Assembly (NCBI GenBank): GCA_965235115.1
Contig: OZ249451.1
Span: forward strand, 11,160,001-11,224,000
DNA length: 64,000 nt
Reading direction: 5' to 3'
From: Laetmonice hystrix
Taxonomy: Eukaryota
Within the stretch, counting starts at the first letter, position 1. Every line of letters begins with the position of its first letter. A program made the translations under genes and the position numbers. Below the pieces are notes generated by a model. The model made no database searches and was not told where the DNA came from. It was given only the letters and a program-made list of their open reading frames with translations. Below, piece after piece: positions 25,769 to 37,700 of this stretch.

Positions 25769-28700
25769 TTAACGGTAGCCTTGCTGGGGGTAACCTGGGT
25801 AACCAGGGTACTGCCCGTACCCCTGGGGTGCCTGGGGAGGGTACGAATATTGGGCGTAGGGGTTGTAGCCTTGGGGCATCGCAGGCGGAGCATAGCCACC
25901 AGGTGGAGCCACGGGGTAAGGCATGGCCGCGCCGTAACCTGGGTAGGGAGGATTGGCTGAAACGATAGAAAACAAATAGAACTATACTGATAAACTCTCA
26001 ATAACAGAGCTTTCAAATTCAGACCGATAAAACTGGATCAACTGGCGAATAGATCATGGCAATACTAGAAGGCATCTGATTGGTCCTTGCCCCGAATTGG
26101 GGATGTTCCATCTGCAGTTTCAGAAATATTACCAAGTAATATCAACATCAAGTGCAAAGCGACATCAATTAGTATTAACGTCTGTTACCTAGATATGGCG
26201 GGATGGCTGTAAATGATATAATATTAATGCAGAAACCTTCTTCATTCATGGCGCATTCAAAATTCAAACGGACAACAGGGATTAATGCAAATATCTTCCG
26301 AGTCCACCCCCTTACCTGGTGATTTTCTCCAGCTTCAGAAATTTTAAGTCAAATTTAATCAAAAAGAATTAGTATTAAATCCCCTAATAAAATTTGAAAA
26401 AAACGAGTTTTTTTCCTACTGTGAACATTTGATGAGGTTTGGGAGGAAGCTGGCGCCTTAGAACTTACTACAGAAATCCATAAAATCACATAAACCGTAA
26501 AGACCGACAGTGTCAGAAACAACCACTAGATGGCGACACGACTAACATGCCGGCCAAGTCACGGCGTGGAAAGTCTCAGCTATCACCTTAAGGGTAAAAT
26601 ACAATCCTGCATTGGGGGATCCAGGATTTTGATACGGGGAGTCCACCAGGATTTTGGTAAGGGGGGGGGGGGCACCTAAAATTCTAAAAAATCTAAGGGG
26701 GATCCCCCACTGATCCATGTTTCTACACACGGAGACCAACAGGTCTCTGTTCCCACAGTTATACCTACGGAAAGGCTTGATACTTCATCCAAAACAAAAA
26801 CAAACAAAAAACACACAATTAAAAAAATCACTCCAACTATTAAATTCAAGATCAAATTCATTATTCTAATGCTTACTTCAACACAACACAACATGCTCCC
26901 TTTAAATTAACGGTACGGGCAAACTACCATAGTCATGCGACCATATGTAAAATCTAATATTATATCTACGCATCCAAAGTCCATCCTGTCTCTTTATCTG
27001 TTTGTCCCTGACGTTTCTGTCGACATAACATCGGCCTTAGTTTAAGGAAGAACAGGTGGTATTAAAGGGTCAGGTTGAGGAAACACACGACACAACCTCC
27101 TCGACATCTTCTCTTACATGAAGCTGATGCAAAAATCGGGTAAAAAGACATGCATCGATAAATAATAGAAATTTAGGAAAAACGTCCTACAAAAAAGATC
27201 AATTCAAACACAAAACAGAACCTGCTACACTAGGTAAACCGTTGCCTTGGTAACCATACATACGCGGTGGTTGACCTGGATAGCCGTGGGGTGGCGGAGC
27301 GTAGGCTGACGCCGGCGCACAACCTCCTGTAAGTCAGGTCAAACTTGGGGGTCAAACTTACTCGATCACTTTCCAAAACGATCACTCCACACAAATGATG
27401 CCATAGGACACCACTACGCGGCCGTTCTCACTGGATCCTGGCCAACTTTTCTCAGTGACACAGGGTTCAACACATGATCAGGACCAGGGTTTTCCGGAGG
27501 CGTTCGCCTTTCGGGGGAGGCGGGGGGCTACGGACACGGGGAAAGGTAGCTTAGGGGTCGGTTGTTGAAAGGAATATAGCCAGAAATCTTCTTGGGGATT
27601 ACTGATTTTTTTCTTCTCACCATGCCCCCCCCCCCCCGCCCAACACATACAAAAAGGAAGGAGGCCTGTTCAGACACGACTCTTGCAATTACAGTGTTTC
27701 AACAAACTGTGACATTTGAAGCCAATGTTAACATGTTATGGTGCATCTGTTTTAAAGTCAATTAGTCTTTAATTAGCAGCTACACTGCCAAAACGTGTCT
27801 GCCCAATTACCAACACTCCTGGCGGTGATTCAGCGAAGCAAACAATTGTTGAATCAAGCTATGTAAAATGGACATTCAATCCAACTTTGACACGAGGCCG
27901 GGCCGCCGAAAATGTAAATTTGCTTTCTACGGCCTTGACTAGGTGGCGCCCCCTGTTGACTACACACGAAAACATCTACATTTCATGGTGGCTTTTTATC
28001 TCCATTCTCCTTTCTGGAAAAAAACCTTCTCAGATATTTGTCTTTGTCTGTTAGCCCTGGTATTCAATCCCAGATATTCCAAATGTATCTCTTTAAGATT
28101 TTAAAATTTACAAAAAACGTTCTAATTTCTTCTACTGATAGTTATTTAACCAGCGGGTAAAATGTGAATTCACCATATCCTAGCACGTGTATGTAAGGGT
28201 GAGTATATACTGGAAAACAAATGAAGCTTTGTGAGTGTTCGTGTCCACAACCCACTGCTGTTAAACATCAATAATCCAAATCCCCTCTCATAAATTTCGA
28301 TAAACTGCAATGGTTAAAAATGCGACAAGTAGGCAATTCCTGTAATAAAACTGACCTCGCCCATACTGATGTCTACGGTGTCCTGGAAGAGGAGTCATAA
28401 TAAATACTGAGGAACCAACAACATCATTCACACACCGACGGTTTATACAGGGAAGGAACATTAAAGGGAGTCGTAAAATTCATTTTTTTCGATTTATGGC
28501 AGTCTTAGAAACATATGATTCGCATACCTTGGACTCCCAGTAACATCATGTGAGACTGTTATGGCCCAGCGACCAGTATTTAGTAAGGAAAATATGCCAA
28601 ATCTCTCGCAAATACGTAGCTCAGAATTAGCGAGCGGCCCACAGGATATTTGAGTTGGCCGCGGTCGGGCGATGATGACGCGTGATCACGTGACTTCCGG

Positions 28701-31700
28701 GTGTACATGCGGTATTTAGGTCAACACTAGACTAGAGGGAGATTCCCTTCCACACCCGGAAGTCACGTGATCACGCGTCATCATCGCCCGACCGCGGCCA
28801 ACTCAAATATCCTGTGGGCCGCTCGCTAATTCTGAGCTACATATTTGCGAGAGATTTGGCATATTTTCCTTACTAAATACTGGTCGCTGGGCCATAACAG
28901 TCTCACATGATGTTACTGGGAGTCCAAGGTATGCGAATCATATGTTTCTAAGACTGCCATAAATCGAAAAAAATGAATTTTACGACTCCCTTTAAAAGTT
29001 TCGTGACTTTTCCCGGCATAAAAACATACAACCATATCTCATTAAACATCAAAATAACTTGTTTAAATTGTAGGATATTTAGTATATTTAGAATACCGGC
29101 AAAATATACAGACTTTTGTTGAATTTAGCAATGTCTTGAGGAACTTACCATAAGGTTGTGCCTGGGCAAGATGACTTGGGGGTTGAGTCTGCTGGGGTGG
29201 TGGTGGCACTGGAAGATTCAAGGTTATCCGTGATTACACCTCAAAGTCCCAAAGTTGAACAAGTTGACTTGATATGTTGAATTCTGCTTCAGTTTGCGAT
29301 TACTTACTATATGACTATAATAATACCTTACTCTTCGTGTAAATAATATACAGATAATGTTACTAAGATTAGCTTTCGTATTGTGAGCAGATATGATATT
29401 TCCTACACATGTCCAGTTAATTATGAACACAACTTGGATCAAGGTCATGATAATTTGATCCATGACAAGGAAGTTCTTAAAATCAAGTCTTAATAGCCTC
29501 ACAACTATTTAACCTTAGTATTTAAAAGAAAAAACAACCTTTACGTCACTTGTGTGTATACAGGAGATAATTAGACATATATACTGACCATACATAGGCC
29601 GACACATTTCTAGGTTTCTTATTTCTCAGTGGTATTGTGAGGGGGAGGCCCTTGCTCGCAACGATCCCTTGACTTACAGATATTTAGTTCAAGTCTAGTC
29701 GAGTTACTAAATCAAGATGTGTATCTGTCATGGCGTCCTTGCTCTCTAGCATTTAGTAGAAGGTATTTGTTGGATTCTCATGGCTACTGATTTATAGCCA
29801 TGTAAAAAATCTTAAACTTAACTTATCCGTGTGTCAGAATTTCTAGCTTTGATTGCGGATGTGGTGAAAGTTTCTACTTCAGTATCAAGAGCTTAATGCT
29901 TCCTACGGTAGGTACTGTGATGGATTATACTTAGCAACTGCATTAGGGTTAGAGCTGTAAGGATTAGGGTGAGAATTAAGGTTTGGTTTGTTGGCACCCA
30001 ACACTTAAATTGGTCAAAAGGGGTTAAGAGTGAACATTTTTCACCGAATCGGAAGAATTATTTCTCTACCTTTGGTGGGAATTGGTCTCAATTTGAAATC
30101 ACACTGATTTTAAAGGGGCAACATCTTTGAACCCAGAGGTATGACCAATTTACCTTACCTAAATAAAACCAATGAGGCTTCAAATATCTGACCATAGGTG
30201 ATCTGGTCTGACGGGTAGAGTTTATACTGTATTGATTTTCTGTGTCAAAAACTGTGCCACTTTCAATGTCCACAATCCCCTTGAAACTTTTCAATGTTTT
30301 CGATGCCAAACACCTAGTCTGGACACAGACTGCTGATGTAAACACTAGAAGTTCTTGTACTAATTCCCTCTTGGGACAGCTCCTTACTGGTGCTACGATC
30401 GTACAGCATAATCAGGTTTGTAAAATTACTGGTTCACTTCCAGTCAGTTCTTACTGGCGTCAAGTGGCGCTTCTGTAACTCTACATACCAGCGTCAGGTG
30501 GCGCTTCTGTAACTCTACATATCAGCGTCAGTGGTGCTTCTGTAACTCTACATACCAGCATTAAGGCCTGTGTCCACTTGAGCGGTATGCCGCGTGTCTT
30601 AACGCCGCGTGATACGCACAGTGAAACACGCGGCAGAATACGCGGCGGCGATGCTTGTCCACTTTGGCGTGAAATTGCGGGCGCATACGGTCACTGATCA
30701 TCATATCTTATCATATAGGCTTGGGTTTTTCTCCACCTCTGTGATCAGATGCTCAGTTGTTCGGTCGTCCGCCTTTCAAGACATCTTGGTGAATGGCCAG
30801 GTGCAATTCAGTGCCAACTCTTCACAAAACACACGGCGTGATCCGCGCAATAAATAGATTTTCTTTACTGAGCGTATCACGCGGCGGTGGGAGTGCGTGT
30901 TTTTTTGCCGCCACGCTCAAGTGGACACTCCTGCATTGGAATCTGTTGTTGTTTTTACTAGGCGTTTTACCGCCGCGTATCACGCGGCGTTATGACACGC
31001 GGCATACCGCTCAAGTGGACACAGGCCTTTAGGTGGCGCTGTGGTAACTCTATATATGCCAGCGTCAGGTGCTGCTGCTGTAACTCTACATACCAGCGTC
31101 AGGTGGCGCTGTGTAACTTTACATACCAGCGTCAGGTGCCAGAGGTGCAGGTCTCACTGGTTGCCTACTCGGGGGCGGGGGGCGGGGAGGGGGGACCTTA
31201 GACCACTCCCCCTTTTTGTTAGCCTGATCCTGACTGCTGGGCTCTACACCGTACACAACAGAAACAACACGTGCAGCAACATAAACATAAAGTGAAAAAA
31301 AAAAAGATTGCAAAGTACATCCAAGGCACAACACTGCTCCTGTGACTGCACACTGCTCTCTCACAAAAAAATGTAACAAAACTCATTAAATGAGACTGCA
31401 ATCAGATGCATTTCAACAACATGTAACAATTTCAAAATGAAACTGAAATAACCAAATTAAGAAAAGTAGGAGCACTCTAATACTTATGTGCGTTAGTTAT
31501 CTAATTGCAGACTCACGTGAAAGGATAACGTTTTCTACCAGAAGACCTAACAGATTCCCAGGAAGATAACGAGTGTCAATCACAAGGACCAGTGAAGTTC
31601 TTGGTATACTGCTCAACCTGATGAAATATCACTTACTGTTCCTTCTACTGTAGAAATCTTACAACTGGAGCTCCCTGAGCACTGCTACTTGCCAGGTAGT

Positions 31701-34700
31701 GTGAAAAACACTGGGTCAATCAGTGATTGCTACGTATGCCAGGTAAGGCCTGGGGGTCATTCCATGTGAAATCACCCAGGGCTCCCATAGTGATAGTCTC
31801 AGATTTGCTTCAAATTTTTTTAACATGTTGCCTGTGGTGCCAAATGAAAATATGCAAAGTTTTACCTCATTATCATTTATAGTTTTTTTTTAATAGGGGG
31901 TCAAAAAAGTGGGCGTGGCTCCTTTTATCGCGACAAAAATGCTGCCGACAGATTTATTCCCATCTTTAGCAAGCCATAGCTCAGGAACTATCAACGATAT
32001 CAACTTGATTTTTTCAACATAGATCCTTCATCATGTACTCTCTCGTTGGCAGGTGTCAGATTAAAATTTAATCAAGTAGGAGTCAAGCAATTATCTGCTA
32101 CATTTAAGCATTTTTCTGACGAAAATGAAAAATCGTCACATTTCAGATCAGCTTTTCACCCATACCTCATAGGATGAATTGAGTTTAGTTGTTTCTAAAT
32201 GATAGTACACCTAAAGGGCTTCCTACAGTAACAAAAGCAGTTACTTAAGATCAGTAGTTTTCTGGCAAGAATAGCAGGTACCGGGTCTCAGCAGGAAAAA
32301 AACCCTATTTGGGCCCCTTTTTTGAAGATGTGGGTATCCTTCGATTTTGATAATAATTATATCATCAGAAAGCCCTTGATGTGTACCATCAACATACCTA
32401 TTTTCATTGTTAAACTAGCACCCTTTCATCTTGAAAAAAAATATTGATTTTTAAAAATATTGACACATTTCGGACGTCATCATGTCCACCATGATCTTCT
32501 AAAGATAATACTGAAAACACATTCCTATGCAAATTATTTTGATAATAATTATATCATCAGAAGGTGCTCCCTTGATGTGTACTGTCACCATGCCTATTTT
32601 CAATCTGGAATCTGTCTGGTTGTCTGGCAACCCTGTAATTAGAATGTGCTCCTACTTTTTTGCCAGTTTCTGTCGATTGGCCTGCCACCTAGTGAAATAT
32701 GAATGAACTACAATAGTGCTGATCTAGCAGTGCATTGGAATTTTCTTTACAGGGTATCCTCAGACCTCATCTACGAAATGTCAAAATTTTAAAATACAGT
32801 AATTTTTTCCAAAATGAAAAGAGTACTAGTTGCACACTGAAAATAGGCATATAGGAATGTGTTTTCAGTATTATCTTTGGAAGATCATGGTGGGCATGAT
32901 GACGTCTGAAATGTGTCATTATTGTTAAAAATCAATATTTTTTTTCAAGATAAAAGGGTGCTAGTTTAGCAATGAAAATAGGCATGTTGATGGTACACAT
33001 CAAGGGCTTTCTGATGATATAATTATTATCAAAATCGAAGGATACCCACATCTTCAAAAAAGGGGCCCAAATAGGGGTTTTTTCCTGCTGAGACCCGGTA
33101 CCTGCTATTCTTGCCAAAAAACTACTGATCTTAAGTAACTGCTTTTGTTACTGTAGGAAGCCCTTTAGTTGTGCTATCATTTAGAAACAACCAAACTCAA
33201 TTCATCCTATGAGGTATGGGTGAAAAGCTGATTTGAAATGTGACGATTTTTCATTTTCGTCAGAAAAATGCTTAAATGTAGCAGATAATTGCTTGACTCC
33301 TACTTGATTAAATTTTAATCTGACACCTGCCAACAAGAGAGTACATGATGAAGGATCTATGTTGAAAAAATCAAGTTGATATCATTGATAGTTCCTGAGC
33401 TATGGTTTGCTAAAGATGGGAATAAATCTGTCGGCAGCATTTTTGTCGCGATAAAAGGAGCCACGCCCACTTTTTTGACCTCCTATTTAAAAAAAACTAT
33501 AAATGATAATGAGGTAAAACTTTGCATATTTTCATTTGGCACCACAGGCAACATGTCAAAAAAATTTGAAGCAAATCCAAGACTATCACTATGGGATTTG
33601 TCTGAAAATTGGGTGATTTCACATGGAATGACCCCTGGGATCTCCAGCACACCTGAATGGACCTGTGTATAGCTACTAATATCTACAACTACCCACCTAC
33701 AATCAATATCAATAAAATAATAACTGTTTACCCTATACATCCTTCATTAGAAATTAATAATGATAAGCTTAATGCTGTGCTCATAAATACAAATTATAAA
33801 TTTCTGGAAAGCTATCTTATAATGTAAATGAAGTTAAGCGCCTCATCATTAAAACCATTGGCTCCTGTCAAATACTTCGGATAAAAAGTGTTACTGCCAC
33901 CACTACAGCATTAGTAAGCAAGCTCTGTATTGTCAGGCCTAGCTAGTTTGAAGCCAAGCCTATACCCATGGAACAACACTGAAGATGTGAAGTAGAGTCA
34001 TCATAAGCCAACTATAAGCGTGAGTGCTCTTTATGTATGAAACTGAAGCTGTACATCTAGTTTCCACTTGGCTGAAATGGGGCATGCTTGAATGTTTCTT
34101 AGGAAGAGGGTCGAATAGTATACCGTACATGAAATATATACAGGCCTCATTAACGTTGCTCATTTATGATCTCAGGGTCTGGTGGCATTTTGTCTGGAGA
34201 CCAACGGCTGCCCGGCAACCCATTGTATAGTAGTACCCAAGTCTTGCTACCTTGCAACCCCTCATAAAGTCACTGCCTCCCTTTGCAACCCCTCATATAG
34301 TAGTACCACAGTCTCGCTGCCTTGCAACCCCTTGTATAGTAGTATCACAGTCTCGCTGCCTTGCAACCCCTGGTATAGTAGTACCACAGTCTCGCTGCCT
34401 TGCAACCCCTTGTATAGTAGTATCACAGTCTCGCTGCCTTGCAACCCCTCATATAGTAGTACCAGTCTGAGCAGTCTCGCTGCCTTGAAACCCCTTGTAT
34501 AGTAGTACCAGTCTCGCTGACCGTATTGCTCAGGAAACATCCAAGACCAAACCCCCATCCCCACCCCCATCCCCCTACTGCGAGTGCCAATGACATAAAG
34601 AAATCCATGCAAAAATAACGCAATCCACAGTATATATTCAAAAGTCTAATTACTCCTGTTTGGTTTGGTTTTTGGCTATCCAGGCTGGAATTATTCTTAA

Positions 34701-37700
34701 GATCAAAATCCACACAACCAGTCAAGAAATTAACAAACCTGATGTTCTACGATCATGCACTAATCGATAGGTGCCTTACCTTGTGTCATCAGCTGCAGCC
34801 AAGGCTCTACACATGCAGCAGGAGTCACGGCTGGGGGAGGGAGGGGGGGGCATACCTAGGGGTGTTGGCGGTCAGATCCTGTCTTACCTGTCGGCTGCTG
34901 GTAGCTGGGGGCACTCGGCGGGGCAGCTGCTGGTTGTTGCACGATCTTAGTTTGCAGGTCCTTCATCAACTCGTCTTTCTCCGTCTTACGAGCAAAACAG
35001 AAGTCCTGAACCTTGGATTGGAACTTAACCAGCAGCTGGGTCAGATCGTTGTAGAACTGAAGAAGGAAAACAAGTGGCACTGTGAGGCATAGATGACGTG
35101 ATATGACAACAGCCCGCGACTACCAGATACTATTCTCTGACTGTGGTGCTTTCCCCATACAAATTTTTGATTCCTATTACATTGTCATCACGAAGAACCT
35201 CTCACCCACCTTGGTTCCCTCTTGCAAGTTTCCTTTGAGTTCCATGAAGCTGTCAAAGGCGGCAGCAAGGTCCTTCAGTTTCTGTTCCCGTTCAGCCGCT
35301 GACTTGTTCTGACTCTTGGCCTGACAGAACGCTACATTCTCCCTCTATAAGATCAATCATTTGACATACTAATGTTCAAAATCTCCAAAACTTATTCCTC
35401 AATAACTGAGACCCAAGACAATCTAAAATCTTAATTTATAATGCTCAAAATTAAAATTGCAAGCTCCGTTACCTCAATGTTGGCAAGGAGATTCTCCTGA
35501 CGTTGAACGCTGTCAGCAACCTGAGCTTTGAGTGGTCTATATATCCGATCAAGCTCAGCTTGGGACAGACTCTCTTCATTGATAGCTCCATCAGCAGCCA
35601 AGGCATGCAGGAAACGGCCAGCTGAAACACCAACAAGTTGGACCTCACTCTTATAAACGGCCAGCTGAAACACAAACAACTTGGACCTCACTCTTATAAA
35701 CGGCCAGCTGAAACACAAACAACTTGGACCTCACTCTTATAAACGGCCAGCTGAAACACAAACAACTTGGACCTCACTGTTATAAACGGCCAGCTGAAAC
35801 ACAAACAACTTGGACCTCACTGTTATAAACGGCCAGCTGAAACACAAACAACTTGGACCTCACTGTTATAAACGGCCAGCTGAAACACAAACAACTTAAA
35901 CCTCACTGTTATAAACGGCCAGCTGAAACACAAACAACTTAAACCTCACTGTTATAAACGGCCAGCTGAAACACAAACAACTTAAACCTCACTGTTATAA
36001 AGCAGCAGTAAACCTAGAGAACACTGATATATTATACACAATATTTCATTCACTTCTAATGATTATATCCAGTAGATTAGACTCTATTATTACCAACAAC
36101 TGTAAGAATTAACATAGTATACTGACACATGTCAAATGTCTGTCCCTTGAGCTCGGTTTCAATCACCTCACGCTCCGCCTTCATGGCTTCAACCAGCTCC
36201 ATCAGTTTCTTCAGTGCCTCCACACATGGTGACCCCTGCAGTGCTGCCGCGGGGCTACCATGTGGTAGAGCATTCTGGATCTCTCCCTGAGGAAGAAAAT
36301 AAAAAAATGTATCTGCTCATTGAAGTCTCATTGAAAATTCCGGTAGTCCAACGCCCGGGACTAGCGTTTTTTCAGGTCGGGCTACCCCCAAGGGCCCACA
36401 ACATGACTCCGGGCTAGTGGCCCAAAGGTTGAATTTTTCTACCCCTGGATGTGTTTACATATACCTCTTCTGTAACGAAGAAATGTAACAAGAGACAATG
36501 ACTTACATCGGAACGACTCAAGAGGGCGATGTTTGCACTGTGAACCGCATACCGATCTTTGACGACGTGGTCGGCACGGATAGCATTGTCAATGATGGTA
36601 CGGTACTTGGTGCCTTCGGATTTGATGGGTTCGGTCAGTCTGTCAGACGATGTACGTGTCCATCTCTCCTTGAACTGAGTTTTGAGCTGTTTATCCGACA
36701 CTTCTTCCTCTCCTAGCATCTTCAGTGACTACAATCAAATAGTTCCTTTATACTGTTAGGATTCGTTACATAGCTATGCTTTAAATGGGCAGTGCCAATT
36801 CCAGTCAGTGGCCTCCTAGATTATAAGATATGGGCATGCCAATAGATTAGAATCTCTTAACTAATGTTTGTTACATACATTGAACCTTTCCCTGAACTAA
36901 TTAGATTAGATTTAATGTATATTTGATGTATGCTTCAGCAAGTGGGGACATAAATAAGTACTGATTGGGTGTGAGCTACATTGATGAACATTTGTCTCAC
37001 ACGTGTGCCTTACTTCATCAAGAATTTCCCTGTTGCGTTTCAACAGCTCTGGAAGTTCATTCATCAGTTTTGTCAGTTTCTCTGCCCCACCAAACTCTCG
37101 GACCTTCCCAGCTTTCTCGAGCAGGGAGGGCGGGATAGCATTCCCGGAGAGGTCTTCTATGGCTGCGGGAAGGTTGAGTGAAGCCAGCACACTGCAATCA
37201 ACCATATACATACAACATTTAACTTTCCATTGTTGGTCAAATTACTGTTGAAATGAGTTTTTACTAAAAATATTCTAAGAACTTTTTAAAATATTTTCTG
37301 TGACAGTTAAGGCTACCAGCCCACCTTTAAAGATGACTAGCATCCCTTACCAAATGGACAGTGGTTAACTTCATCATACACTGAAACATTGCAAGAACTT
37401 TACCTATTGAGAAGTTGTGTTTGCTCGCGCATTTTTCCGATCTCTGCATTGACAATCTCCATCTTTCGGTTCTCAAAGGAACACACAGCTTGGTGAACAG
37501 CTAATGGCTGTACCGTCTCAAACAAATCTGTAAAGAGAAGGAAATTTAAATAACAAAGTTGTAATCTGTGACCTGCAGGTCAAGATATTCTTGAGGGCTC
37601 GTCTCTGGTTATTCAAATCTTGACCAGGTTCGTTTGTGAGGGGACCTGTCACCATACTTAATCTAGTTTTTTAACATTTCGTAGTTTCTTTATAAACTAC

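Noticed and set aside
27395-27600. Extra ALIX exon in the GC-rich block at ~27400-27600
   Set aside because: The phase-1 reading hits a stop (…KPWS*), there is no good in-phase donor, and the upstream acceptor context is purine-rich.
33376-33672. Transposase ORF in the foldback element
   Set aside because: Short, lies in an inverted arm, and shows no DDE/D features; the element appears non-autonomous.
34182-34612. Several 70-116-aa repetitive ORFs
   Set aside because: Product of a 39-bp (3n) minisatellite in an ALIX intron.
35612-35998. CRISPR array
   Set aside because: Repeats are head-to-tail without unique spacers, there are no cas genes, and the context is a eukaryotic intron. The same applies to the 39-, 44- and 68-bp arrays.
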